From Phoronis australis (taxonomy: Eukaryota > Animalia > Phoronida): a stretch of DNA of 64,000 nt. Every line of letters starts with the position of its first letter. Position 1 is the stretch's first letter. Positions 1 through 12,321 of this stretch are shown here, one piece after another. Location: positions 147,533 through 211,532 of the forward strand of contig NMRA01000610.1 in the NCBI GenBank assembly GCA_002633005.1, given 5' to 3'. The position numbers and the translations under genes were made by a program. The notes beneath the pieces are model-generated. The model searched no databases, was not told where the DNA came from, and saw nothing but the letters and a program-made list of their open reading frames with translations.

Positions 1-479
1 CATTGCGGAGACCATTTGTTTTTGTTTGTGGAGCTACAGCTCTGCTGGTCCTGGATGGAGGGATTTTTCTGATTTTGTTCTTTGGACAGATCATTTCACA
101 GGTTATCGGGAGTGTGCCATTTATTTTTCTCTAGGACTTACTGTTTTCAATGACTGCTTTCAAATTGTTTTTGTGCCATATCTTTGGTATACCTAGTCAA
201 TACATCTGTCTGAAACTAGTATCTGGATGAATCGTTTCAAGCGTTATCAGCATAGTGAAATTCGACTTACCGTTCTCGAGATATTCGCGATTTGCTGATC
301 AAATGACTATTCTGTTTTGACTTATTTCTAGCTGCACTTCATTGGTAGAGATTACGTTCTGCGTGAAATTTAGTACAGTGTTTATCTAGTCAATAACTAG
401 AGTACCTTTGTTTAAGGGTGATATCGGATGCAAGATGGTGCTGTGACAGCCAGTTTTTGATTCACATAACGTGGAATAG

Positions 480-536
480 TCGTGAGGACTTGACTCGGAC
501 CTCAGGAGTCTAACGCTCCACCGGCTTATCTACACT
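480..536 (-). mobile_element. Degenerate tRNA-like SINE head (tentative)
   Basis: Minus strand reads TAGTGTAGATAAGCCGGTGGAGCGTTAGACTCCTGAGGTCCGAGTCAAGTCCTC, with A-box-like and B-box-like segments but no clean cloverleaf. Confidence 0.35.
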
Positions 537-808
537 AATTTGAAAAGGCTTTGTCCAGTCACGCATTGTGGGTCATAATGCAAGTCATGTTTCTTCAGGC
601 AGCTCTTATCACCAGATCATCTGCTTCACGGGCACTAAAATGTAATCGGCTGTGATCCTAGACCGTCCGGAGTTGCTCCATTGACAACTCAGGATGATCT
701 CTAACCATAATTTAACGTTACCTGTTAGAGGTCCTACCTCCACGATCCTTTGACCGAACTTGTCAAATAGGGTTTGCAAATAGTTCCCTTCACAGGTAAT
801 CAGCAATG

Positions 809-890
809 CATGATTGGTTCTTGTTAAAAGTTATGGTTCATGACTTATTCATGATTGGTTCTTGTTAAAAGTTATGGTTCATGAGTTATT
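809..890. repeat. 41-bp tandem duplication (2 copies)
   Basis: catgattggttcttgttaaaagttatggttcatga(c/g)ttatt occurs at 809-849 and 850-890. Confidence 0.9.
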
Positions 891-1983
891 CGAGGTTCCC
901 CGATTTTATGATTATCTTTTATTGACTGATTTATCAATGCCCATTTAATGGCTTGTCATTTACTGTACATTGGTGTAACAGCCATTCAAGTCGTGTTTAC
1001 TGATGTTCTTGAGCAGTTTCGTCGCCGACGTCACCTTTAAATTTTTATTTGATTTCACCAAGTGTTGCTCCTCAGAGCACTTTCGTTTCTATTCTTTGAC
1101 CAATTCACCAGACATATATGCCCTTTTATAAATTCAGTATGTCAAATTTAGGTCGATTAGCTGTTACAGGCTACAATACATCGCTTACCGGACTAATTTC
1201 ATCATCCAATCACTGATAAACAGTTTTTACGTCGTCACAATGCATTCTACATTTAAAACTATCACTTAAACAGTGCTTACTTTCTACACTGCTTCTTTCT
1301 GTTTTTACATATCATAGATGAAGCATAGAGCTACGAGAATTAAGGTGACTTCAACGAAGAATTCACGATAACAACAAAGTATTTCAACTTAAGTCATGTG
1401 AATTAGGGAAAGACTAGTTCGAGACTGAGCGAAGCGCGTGAACTGGAGCTGGACACTTTCAAAATAGCATGAGAAGATATCAGGTGGAATTTGTAAGATT
1501 TGTGTCCCTTCGGCTTTTCGTTTGTCAACGCGAGTGATTTCATGTAACTTCCTCACAATGGTACCCAGAGAGAGGTTAAGCTTGAGTGAACCGCCACAGA
1601 TTTTCATGGATATGTTCCAAGTTATGATGACTGAACTGTATCCAGAGTCACGGTGTGTGTTAATTATAACTCAGTGCGTATATGCATCATTCATTTGATT
1701 TTATTCACTGTATTTTGAGATGAGTAACGTTTTGCGGGCATGTACCATCGCCCCTGTATAGCTTCAGCATTCAGGACGATGTAATTGCTTAGATGTCATG
1801 TTGTTGAGGGATGCATTAAACTTTTGACTGCTTCAACTTCAAGTGTCCGGTTATCAGGATCATGTGCGTGGACACTCTCAGTTTCAACTAAGTCTCAGTA
1901 CGTGTTCTGTAATACATACACGTTTGCCGTAGCCGATGGCATAGGGTCATTGTCTTTAACTAACTTGCTAANGACCAGTGCCC

Positions 1984-2140
1984 AAAAATACGTGCTCACG
2001 GCAAAAGTCGGATATAATGGACCCTGACTTAGAGAACCAGGCAATCACTGAATAACGGTTGTTATTTATTGGATGAAACTGGTTCTCTAAATCAGGCCTT
2101 AATCAGGGTCCATCATATCCGACTAGTGCCCACGTAATTT
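1984..2140. mobile_element. Palindromic MITE-like element (GAGAACCAG...CTGGTTCTC family), copy 1
   Basis: agtcggatataatggaccctga (from 2006) pairs with tcagggtccatcatatccgact (to 2124), and ttagagaaccag pairs with ctggttctctaa. Related copies lie near 23.4, 25.85 and 37.2 kb. Confidence 0.7.
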
Positions 2141-2202
2141 CCTGTAAATACATAAAATATTAATCAAGTAGCTGGATTGCCTTCCATTATACGTAAGGTT
2201 AC

Positions 2203-2421
2203 CTCTCTTGCACATTGTAGTTCATGTTTTGTGGCCTCGTGTATCGCCTCGAATTCTTCTAGATGGATTTGTAAGGCTTGTTTCTCCTCCAAAACGGCCA
2301 ATCCATACTGGGCCGCCTGAAGTTTTTCTTGAGTAGTTGTGCTAAGCTCTTCGTTCAAGCGGGCGATCTCCCGCTGATGATCCTCTATAGATTCCAAGGT
2401 AATGCACGAATCTTCCATCAT
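2203..2421 (-). CDS. BicD: Bicaudal-D (dynein cargo adaptor), first coding exon; gene continues left of the window
   Basis: MMEDSC...HQREIARLNEELSTTTQEKLQAAQYGLAVLEEK...HELQCARE matches the BICD N-terminal CC1 motif (EKIQAAEYGLxVLEEK). The exon is 73 codons and ends at GAG|GTAACC (GT at 2202-2201). Confidence 0.92.
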
Positions 2422-2505
2422 TGATACATTTGGTGGAATTCGCCAGTTTTAAACGAAAATTTTATTTTTAAACGAACAGTCATCACCAAATCGTCTCACA
2501 CGGCA

Positions 2506-2540
2506 GCCATTTTGTGAATGCATCACGTCACGTGACCAAT
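2506..2540 (-). promoter_or_regulatory. Putative BicD promoter-proximal motif cluster (YY1-like, E-box/CLEAR palindrome, CCAAT)
   Basis: GCCATTTTG at 2506-2514, GTCACGTGAC at 2527-2536 and CCAAT at 2536-2540, 85-120 bp upstream of the ATG. Confidence 0.55.
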
Positions 2541-4089
2541 GCCTTGATCGTCTGCTATAAAACAGAACTGAGTTGTAGGTAACGCAGTAGTTATTATTAG
2601 GAAAACACCAGTCATATATGTAGAAATGTTTCACATCTCTGACAATCTTTGCGAGTTTTGGTTCTTCAAATGGAACTAGCAAATGGGTTGTTCCCTTGAG
2701 CACTTTTGATGTTCCTTTGCTGAATTATATAGTAGCTCTACCTCGCGGAGAATATGGAATGTCAACTTGACGTTTTCATGTCCGCCACGCCCACATGAAA
2801 AACGATGTGTGAAAAGAGTTAACTAGTTTCACTAATCCTTATTTAGCTGCCTTTCACGCAGACTTCTTTCATTTTTTGAATCTTTAAGTCATTAAGTGAC
2901 ATGACGACGGACCCATACCTCCGGGTACGAACTGAGTTTCCAGCGTGACTGAATCCCGGCCATGAGGTCTGGCACGGCAGGCAACGGAAGTGAAATGGAT
3001 AAGAGCTACAACGCAAACCTGTTGAATTAAAACTAAATTTAAGTGATGCTCATTCCATAGAATTTGCTTTTTATCAAATGTACTTTTCAAAAACAACCAA
3101 TAGTTTACATGCATCATGAGCGCACCCAGTCTATGGGCCGGGGTCGAGCTGGCCTGGATAGTGAATCCCGGCGCGCATGTGCATACAGCTATGATCCCAC
3201 TTCACCTCCGTAAGCGGAATCAAATCCACATTCATAACAAAGGCAAACTTTTCATTTATGGGCATACACTCACCATGAAGGGTCTCAAATTATTCCTTAA
3301 CTTAGTGCCGCCCACGACTCGAGTTACCCTAGAACAAGTGGCTTCTCGAACGAGTTGAGGTTCAGTAGAGGTGTGGAGAGTCAGATCTACGCCGGGCTGC
3401 CGTTTGGTATAACTGACAATTCGTTTGTTTGCGTGACCAGGCCCGAAGACAAGGCTCAGTATCCGCAAGTCGGCTTGCCACGGCGTGTTATGCGCCAAGC
3501 ATATGGTCTCAATGAATAGCGACAGTCAGATCTTTTCAATTTATACAGAAAGAACTCCTTAGTTAGCCATCCAATTGAGAAAGAAGTTTAGACCAATTTT
3601 ATGCCGAGCCGGATATTTCAGTGGCCTAAACCAAATCCACTTTTGGGCGAGGATTTAATACTCATTTTAAAGCTGCATTTCGCCCTGTTTAGCTGGCTAA
3701 ACAACAAACATCATTGGGCCTTTTACTCTCATCCTCAGTCCTTTACCGTGATCGGGTTATATTTCAGCTACCAACTTAGTTAAATAACCGGCAATGCCCG
3801 TCACATTTTTGAATTTCCAGTTTTAGGGTTGATCCATCCCCAATAACTTCCGATTGGTTTCAGTGTTCTTGTTCAACGTAAGCAAAATCCAATCACGGTA
3901 AAGGATATTATGAAGAAGATTTTATGAAGATAACTGAGTCTAATCTGATTTTGTTTCAGCCAACGGACGTTTTTCTTAGCGATCTCAGTCAACAAAGAGC
4001 TCTGTTGCCGTGAAAAACCGCTAACAGTATAATAATGAAAATGATAATGATAACAATAATGATATTGATAATAATAATAAAAATACAAT

Positions 4090-4960
4090 AAATTAAAAAA
4101 CATGCTTTAGACAAAGTCTACAGCGTGATCTTCTCACAGTAATAAATCGACCTAAATAATTTAAGTTCCATAGAAATGAGTAATACAAGGGCAAAATTGA
4201 AAACGTGTACAACAGATATGATAATCATAAAAATATCCTTTATCAGGATCAATTAAATAGTATACGTATCGTATACCCTTTTGAAACCACTCGTTCTAAA
4301 AAATTGAACTACTGTCTATACAAATTTTGGGGTTACACCACAAAGGTTGGTACAAAAGGTCATCTATCTAACACAGATTGATAAATTCGTATCAAGAAAT
4401 ATGCTTAAAAAATATTCTTAGTACAATTAGCTACTTCAAGAAAAGAGTCATTTTTATATTAGGAATACATGTAGTTTAACACAAAATATTTAGCCAAGGA
4501 GAAGTATTATTATAATAATTTTTGAAGAATCTCCGAATCCAAGTCAGTTTAATAGCTTTGACAAATGACAAAATATGGACCATATTCCCACCTCCATCTT
4601 CAGATTTCTGTAGTATGGCCTTTCTAGAGATTCTATCGGAAGAGGTACCCCATATGTAATTAAAAATATCTTTTCAATGTCCTTAAAAAGTAGCACTTGG
4701 AAGAGGAAGTATGTAAATGAGGCGAATCATTTTTCGTAATAAAAAAGATTTGACAACCGTTATCTTATCAAAGGTGGTTAAATTTCTTTTTGACCAATTT
4801 TCAATGCCTTTTCTGATACAAACAGTTTTATCGATATTGGGTGTCAAACCAGAATACCTAGCAAACTGATCAAGAAGGTTAAGTGACGATTTTAAAGAGG
4901 TCTCTGAACCCTCTAGAAGGAGGACCGTGTCGTCTGCATATTGCCTAATGATATACTTTA
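4090..4960 (-). mobile_element. Decayed L1/Tx1-clade LINE ORF2 fragment (RT and C-terminal region)
   Basis: Minus-strand translation gives YIIRQYADDTVLLLEG...FARYSGLTPNIDKT, NWSKRNLTTFDKITVVKS, EDGGGNMVHILSFVKAIKLTWIRRF and QPLWCNPKI...WFQKGI, interrupted by stops and frameshifts. Confidence 0.8.
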
Positions 4961-5999
4961 CATATTTTTTGGATAGTTTGAACGTAACTTATCTTTTTTT
5001 CTGCTATATATGTTGTCTGCATCAACTGTTCTCCATCTGTAAAGTTGGCATTAGATTCTTCTTTGTTTCTATTTTTTAACATTTTATCCACCTCAAACGA
5101 ACATTTTCAGCAGAGTGCTCGGCGAAAATTCTAAATCCGCAGTCTGTGGCTCCATGGGCTACTTTGATTTTATTTTTATTTGCAAAATAAGAATAAAGGG
5201 AGTGAATGCCTTTTGTTATGAGCTTTTAATTAAGTGAGATGATATAGTAGGGAAGTTTGCTCTCTATATTTTTTCACGATAGGTGTTGAATACGAATTTG
5301 CACATTTGAAAACTCCGGAACAGGACAGCCAAGCAAGAGCACTTAATCATGCCCATTAGTCAACGTTGGTGTCCAAATTAAAACATTGTCGTGATGGATG
5401 AATTAGTGAATCATACGTAAGATGACAAGGTCCTGATTCAAAAGGGATGGCATGTGCAATAATGACAACAATTTATGACGTTTGCTTCGTACCAATTTTG
5501 TAGTAATGTGATCTTTTAGACGTAACGCAAGTTTGTAGCAGGCTCAATAGATAGCGCTGACTGTCCCTTGTGCAAGACTACTTGGAGTCGGCTTGCAATG
5601 CACGACTTTCGATCTCCTGCAAAATACACGACACTATTCTCTAGAAAACGATCACTGAGGATAAAATATATTTTTCTACTTTTTGTCCTAGTTTCAATTT
5701 CAAAAGTTTTATGCCTCAGTACATGTACATGCGGTATTCTACCACAGTGAAGAATGTTGTGTGATTGATTTCATGAGAGTAAATGACCTCTTTAAATGTT
5801 GTTTTTCAGCAAGCTAAGCAGAACTCGGAATTTTGGAAACTCGACAAACCGCAGAACTTTTTAATTGTAGCTGCAATGGGCTTTGATGCGGGAATCTTGC
5901 TGGAAATGATCCCCCGGTACAACTGAATAGACGCATTAGGGTCAGTAGCGTACAGAAGGCGCGTGAAGCTGACAGGGCGAGGGCCCCTGGCGGTAGTCG

Positions 6000-6421
6000 G
6001 TTGCACTGAAACAGTCCCAAATGGGAACTCAAAAAAGTTTCCTAAATCTTTTTGGTATTAGTTTCGTTCTCTAGGCACAGCTGTGATATTTTGCTATTAA
6101 TGTTATTTTTCTTATGATCCCTTCTTTGACTAATTTTCCAATAATAAAACTAAAAACTGAGTCCTTAATTCAATCAAAATAATTTAATTAGGGTCTCAGT
6201 CCTTAAATTGGGGGCGTTGCATGAAAAGATCCCTACTTATTTTCAATAATATTGAGAATTCAATGTAGAGTTCACTCTTGATTTGCATCAAGGGAAAGCC
6301 AAAAATTGGCATAGTAATGATGCTCAAACAGCATAAGATTGGACAATCAGGGTTTTCCCTCAAATACCCAGTAGATTTAGGGAACTTAGTTGAGTCCCTA
6401 TTTGGGACTGTTTCATGCAAC
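6000..6421. mobile_element. MITE with ~50-bp imperfect terminal inverted repeats
   Basis: gttgcactgaaacagtcccaaatgggaactcaaaaaagtttcctaaatct is the near reverse complement of agatttagggaacttagttgagtccctatttgggactgtttcatgcaac. Confidence 0.7.
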
Positions 6422-8447
6422 TGGGAACGGGCATCCACATCTGGGACTGATTTGGAGTTAAACTGAATAACAAGTTTGTATTATATGTTTCATATTCTTC
6501 ACTTTTTGTAGTACCTAGGTCCATGCATTTAAGTAGAGAGGGGCATCCGCTAAAACTGGGCATCAAACCTCAGTCTGCACGCTACTGATCAGGGACAGGC
6601 AAATAAAGGTCTGTTTCTATTAGTGCGTAATGTTCTACGCGAAATTAATCGCTTTAGCTATAAAATCAAAGAGGGTTTCTATTATTTCGTAATCTGAGAG
6701 GCGTTTGTTTGAAATGGGTTTCGTAGCCATTGAACATGAACATCAGCGATGGGCGGGATTTTAGCACAAAAAATTTCAAAGAAATGCAATACAGGCAGTT
6801 TAAATACGCAGTTTTCCTCCCTCTAAAGTATATGGTTGTACTTTCCCAAAAAATAAAACGTCATGTCTAATAATCTGCGTTCTCACAGCGTCATTCACGT
6901 TCAAGCTGCTTCCTGCTACCTTGAAATGCTTGGGTGATACAGTGCTCGACATTTACAGGATTTAAAACAAAGTTGGTATGTACAGACCGGTGAGTTTTTG
7001 CTTGTTGAGTATTTTAAAGGTGTGACAAATGATTTCTCTTCGAAAGCGCACCATTGGATCAGGATACATGAAAACAACAAAGGTGATCCGAATGGGTACG
7101 CATCACGCACCGTCCATTACAAATGGTAATAAAGGATACGTAAGAAGTGCACAAATTAGAACATGATTCGCACCAGAGCTTAAAACTGTTTTAAGCAAGG
7201 ATGAATTTCCTACGGAATATTTAATCCCTCTTCCCAATAAAAGGTAATATTTTTGGTGTCAGTCGGAAGACGCAGGGCGACCGGAACTGTGTGACATATA
7301 TAAGTAACAGCAGAAAATAGTTATTGCAGATTGTTCCATTAACCCCTTTTGTCAACGTTACCCTCATTTTCCAAGTTGCGAAAAGAAATGCGCTGCCCCC
7401 AAACATGTCGATACAGTCGGTAAATCAGTGTGAAAACTAAAGAAATGTGTTCTGCATATGGGTGTGTGTGTGTGCGGTGCCTAATAATCTGCTCCTGTAC
7501 CTGTCAGAAGACCAGTTTACCAGCATTTAAAAAAGGCATGAAAAGGCAAACAAGAGTTTACAAATTTTTTTCTGAGCCAAACCATACTTGTAAGCCGAAC
7601 ACTGAAGACCAAGGGGCTTGGTCAAATGTGTATACTTTTTATTCTGTCCGCTCTTGTAATTAAAAGTCACTTAAAAATGATCCCGACACGTTTCCAACAC
7701 GACACCATTATCCAAAATCGTCAGTCAAGAAATTTGACCTCTGCAGCTTGTTTTAACTGAATTGTTTTCAAAATTTGGCTATTTTGAATACGAATAAAAA
7801 CTGACGTTCTCGTGTAAAGGCAGTAACTATCCCGGAAAATACATTGAATTTAATCAAATTCCCAAACGAGGAAAATACGGCAAGACAGATTTTGTAAACT
7901 AAGTAGTCCAGATCTCGTCAGAGTCAGACTCACGTACTTTGTGTTCAAAGCATGCACTCGATGCCATAGTTTTGTCGCTGTTGCTTAACAGGAACTGATG
8001 TGATTTTAAACAATCTTGCGTAAATAATTTCTAAAATTTTAAGGAATATATCTTTTCTACAGAAATGTCGTCAGTAAGAAAACAACATGAAAACTAACGT
8101 GATAACAGTGACAAAACTTGCGTGTGAAGTATATACAAAGTACAACGCTGTTGATTAACCTGCGCAGTGTGAAGAAACTACAAACACGTGAAAAACACAC
8201 TTTTCTTCCAATACTTATGTTGTTTTTCAATATTTCACATTGTATCCATAGTTTTTGTACAAACGATTGGTCCCATTATTAAGCAAAGCATTCTTCTCAA
8301 ACGTTTTCGTCTGCTAGTGGCATGTTTTCATATGTATACATATTTCGTAAAAAAATCACGGAAATTCTCTACAAACTACTACATCAAACCATCCTTATTA
8401 ATATGAGATCAAGTTCTTAGTTGTAGAGTTGAATTAAACGTAAGAAG

Positions 8448-10439
8448 TTAGAAATTTAGGTATCTGAATACCTTAACTTCGCCATTCCACTGCAGTACAG
8501 ACACCTCCCCTGGGGCTGATACACAGACACCAGTAGGAAAAGAGACACCACCCCGGGGGGTCAGCACGTGTGCACGTGCATTGGTGTATAGAATTACCTG
8601 GTCATTGTTGGAGTCAGCCACGAGAGTGTATCCGAACTGATCAACACACACACCGTGTAGGACGTTATGGGTGTACATGTATGTGTTGATAACGGCGGGC
8701 CGTGTGCAGTCAATCACATGCAGACGGCCGGGGTTACGCTCACTGACTGCAAGGTGTCCAGTGTTCTCATCTGTGCATATATACCGCGGTGAGAACTTAC
8801 TCAGCCCCAGGGTACGGGCGTCTATTTGATGATGAACCTTACAATTATAATCAGTGAATATCACCCGTCCACCGGCAGTATCCGCCACAACCAGCTTGTC
8901 TTTGTGACAAGTAATGTACCCCTCACCTTTATACACATCTGGGTATACCTTCACCACACGACCCTCGGCGTTATACTTGACAACACCGTGAATACCCCAG
9001 TCGGTAATAAAGATATCTCCATGTACATTAGTTGTCACATCGACAGGGCACTGCAGTTTGTGATGGGTTTGTTCTAACTCGAATTTTTTAAATGCCAAGG
9101 TATTTTTGTAAAACACCTTGACATCCTTGTTGTACTGGTTTGTAACAATCAACCCAACATCACTCGCTGCCAGTCCCATACACTCCCTGAGTCCCACACT
9201 CTCCCTCATACGATGGCTCATCAATCTCCTAGTCTGCTGGAATTGAGCACGTTCTTTAACAGTCGGTTGAGGGGTCACACGGTGGACAGGTGATTTACAT
9301 GAAACTGCAACATTTGTGACTAACGTGGGAATTTTTTTTGATGAAATAGTTTCGTTTCCCAACTTTGGAACGACCCTCACGCCCAAATTTGGAATTTCAA
9401 GTTTTTTAGGCTGTACTTCGAATGTTGTTTGTTTCACCTGTGTCTCGATTTGATCAACATCCAAGTTTTCAAGACGTTTTCTAATTTCCCTAAATTGTTG
9501 CAGTTTCTCAGCATCATGTGCCGAGGCAAGAATGCTATTTACGTATTGTAAAACACTGACAAACTTCCCCCTCTTCAGTTCAGCCTCGTCACACGCAGCT
9601 TCTGCCTGTTTTTTCGCCGCCTGTACTTGTTCGTCCAACTGTTGAAAAGCTTTCTCTTTATGAACCTCCGCTTGACGAGTGACCTCTGCCACAAACTCAC
9701 AAAAAAGTTGTTCTATCTCACTTTTACACACCTGCTGTTTCTGTAACAAACTTTGAAGCACTTTTTGTCGCTTTTCACACAACTTTCCATAATGCTGGGT
9801 GACACTTCTAAAAGGTTCCAATAAATCACGCATGGCTCTACTTGCGCTATTTGCAGCATTTCCTATATCTGTAACTTTGTGTTGGTTATGATTGAGAGTG
9901 AAACAAAGTAAACATACGGATATTTCACATTGTTCACAATAAAGTTTCAATGTTTCCTCCTTATGAACAGAGCAATAGACTTTTTGGTGAAGACGAATTT
10001 CGTCCATGTGTTGTCCGTTTTTAACTTCCTCTAAACTGACCACCCGATGGTCATTTGTGTGAAGAGAGTGAGCCTGTGAACATTCTCTGCAGAAATATTT
10101 GCGGCATTGAATACAAATGAATGAAGCTTGCATGTCACGACCGCTCGCTTTGCAGATGTCGCAACAGATACCATCATTTTTCATTAAAATTTCACCAATG
10201 TTAGCAACAAAAAAATTTAATTTGAACCCTGTCGCACCATCGACTGGAATGGGATATTGGGTGTTACAGAGGGGACAGGAAAACATGCCATGTTCTCCCT
10301 TTTCCGCCATGTGTCGCGTCAAGCATTCCTCGCAGTACGAGTGTAGACATGGCAAAGCCCTTGGATCGGTCGTCTGCTCCAGGCAGATGGAACATTCCAA
10401 GGACCGACGTAATTGTTCCAGCTGCTCGTTTGACGCCAT
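8448..10439 (-). CDS. TRIM-NHL E3 ubiquitin ligase (RING, B-box1, B-box2, coiled coil, NHL-like beta-propeller; TRIM2/3/56-like), single coding exon, 663 aa
   Basis: RING CSICLE...LPCLHSYCEECL...CPLC; B-box1 CDIC...CIQCRKYFCREC...H; B-box2 CSVH...LYCEQCEISVCLLC...H; coiled coil; NHL repeats (PVDVTTNVHGDIFITD, LVVADT, PRYICTD, GVCVDQFGYTLVADSNN). The ATG at 10439 directly follows a TTTTGCAG acceptor. Confidence 0.93.
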   Translation of the reverse strand: MASNEQLEQLRRSLECSICLEQTTDPRALPCLHSYCEECLTRHMAEKGEHGMFSCPLCNTQYPIPVDGATGFKLNFFVANIGEILMKNDGICCDICKASGRDMQASFICIQCRKYFCRECSQAHSLHTNDHRVVSLEEVKNGQHMDEIRLHQKVYCSVHKEETLKLYCEQCEISVCLLCFTLNHNQHKVTDIGNAANSASRAMRDLLEPFRSVTQHYGKLCEKRQKVLQSLLQKQQVCKSEIEQLFCEFVAEVTRQAEVHKEKAFQQLDEQVQAAKKQAEAACDEAELKRGKFVSVLQYVNSILASAHDAEKLQQFREIRKRLENLDVDQIETQVKQTTFEVQPKKLEIPNLGVRVVPKLGNETISSKKIPTLVTNVAVSCKSPVHRVTPQPTVKERAQFQQTRRLMSHRMRESVGLRECMGLAASDVGLIVTNQYNKDVKVFYKNTLAFKKFELEQTHHKLQCPVDVTTNVHGDIFITDWGIHGVVKYNAEGRVVKVYPDVYKGEGYITCHKDKLVVADTAGGRVIFTDYNCKVHHQIDARTLGLSKFSPRYICTDENTGHLAVSERNPGRLHVIDCTRPAVINTYMYTHNVLHGVCVDQFGYTLVADSNNDQVILYTNARAHVLTPRGGVSFPTGVCVSAPGEVSVLQWNGEVKVFRYLNF

Positions 10440-10829
10440 CTGCAAAAGGAAAGTACAGATGTTATAAAGATGACAAACAGTGTTATGTAGGACTAACAGG
10501 GTGCAGTGTTGCTAAGTTTTTAGTGAACGTTACACTTAGTGGCGCGAACAATCACAAGCGAGAACAATGAGTAGTTATGATCTCGCCTTCCGTCAAAAAA
10601 CAACTTCCTATTAATACGGCTAACCATGACGCAGTTGGTCTCAATCTCTTCTTAAGTTTTATTGGAGATGATTATTCTGCTCATTGGAAAAATGAAAGTT
10701 CATAAATATTTGAGACCATGCAGACTCTATAAGTAATATGGTCTCATTTTTTTTCCAATTAGCCAGATGTCACGTCTCATACGAGTTGGGAAAAAGTTGA
10801 GAGTAGTTTTCTAGCGGCATTTGGTTTAA

Positions 10830-12321
10830 ATCAAATTCATGTATTTCAACATTTAAGGCCTTGGCCCACATGTTACATAAAATTTACAGGATAACGCTGA
10901 GCAGCTTTTCCCTGAGAGCAGCGGCGTGAAATACAAATTTCATTACATTAATCTGAGCAATGGGCTCCGACATTTTCATTAGTTTTACAAATTTATGTTT
11001 ATTTGGTTCACGCCAGCACCACTCAGGTATAAATGCAGTTCTTAGAGAGCAGTACATTTTACAAACACATATAAAATGGTATTCATCTTCAATTAGGGAC
11101 ACACAGAAACAACACACACGGTATTTTTGGTCCACGAGAGTATGTCTACCTTTCTCTATCATCAAGTTGTGGTTGGAGCAATTTAGCCATAGCTGCTAAA
11201 AAGATACATATGGAATATCACGCAACAGATAGGATTCCATTTCAAAATCAATTTTAAATGAGAAATATGTATTAAGTTTTGAGCTATTCTCCACAGCAAA
11301 GCTCCAGTCTTGTAAAAAACAATTTTTAATTCGCTGCTCAAGAATGACAAGAAACGATGCCTCGCAGCCAACTCCCTGATTGTACCATACCAAACCAAAA
11401 CCATACCTTTGCAGCAAATTCCTAACAGATGAAGCCCAATTTTCCTACCAGCCTCATCCAATGTGACAAGCTTGTCATAGACAGATTTCGGATTTCGATG
11501 TGCTGGCATTTTTGACAATTTAAACCAATACTTGATCAGTTTAACAAACATCTTTACATAAATTGGATACCTTCCCAGTTCTCCCAGGACAGCATGATTT
11601 GGACAGTTACTTCCAACACCCAGCAGTTGCTTACAGAATTTCAATTGGACGCGCTCGATAGTAGAGTATTCTTTAAATCCCCAAATCTCACTTTCATAGC
11701 TAATGATTGGGTATACCATTTTATCAAAAATCTCGAGTGAAATTTTCGGTGAAAGTCGTCCACATTTTGACTGAAAACGTTTAATTGAAAAAATTGCTTT
11801 CTGTGCCTGGTGAGACGAAGTTTCCGTAGCTTGCGTCCAGACTAACGTAGGTGTAAGGCAAATACCCAGGTACTTATATATATTTTGTCATTTCCAAAAT
11901 GCCATTTTTCGTATTTTCTCAATGGTCCGCCCTTTCTAAATACCATTAGTTTTGTTTTTGTAAGGTTGATTTTCATACCCCAATCCTGACAGTATTCATG
12001 CAGAGCGTTAATTTGTTGCTGTAGTTTAAATGCTGTCTCTGCACAACCAACCATATCATCAGCGTATAGCAACATACAAATTTGAGGCACATTCTCATTT
12101 ACGTAAATTCCGCTAATTAAAGATTCTCTTAAGTAATCAACAAACTCGTTCAAATACATACTAAATAAAAAAGGACTAAGCATACACCCTTGGCGAGTAC
12201 CAATATTTTTACTGAAAAAGTCAGTTAACCCACGCTCAGTTCTTACACACGCTCTTAGCTTTGAATACATACTTTTCATCAATTTTAAAACACTACCATG
12301 TATTCCTATTTTTGAAGCCTA
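10830..12321 (-). mobile_element. 5'-truncated non-LTR retrotransposon (RTE-X-like, clade tentative) with 9-bp TSD TTGGTTTAA
   Basis: RT motifs RQGCMLSPFLF, LLYADD and INLTKTKLMVF, then VLGELGRYP and a C-terminal MIEKGRH...CCFC...EDEYHFICVC, spread over several frames. TSDs at 10821-10829 and 12322-12330. The empty site is present in the second segment copy near 16010-16018. Confidence 0.92.

Noticed and set aside
1389-1607. 72-aa ORF with faint Crypton-like resemblance (ILQIPP)
   Set aside because: Too short, with no catalytic tyrosine-recombinase motifs visible.
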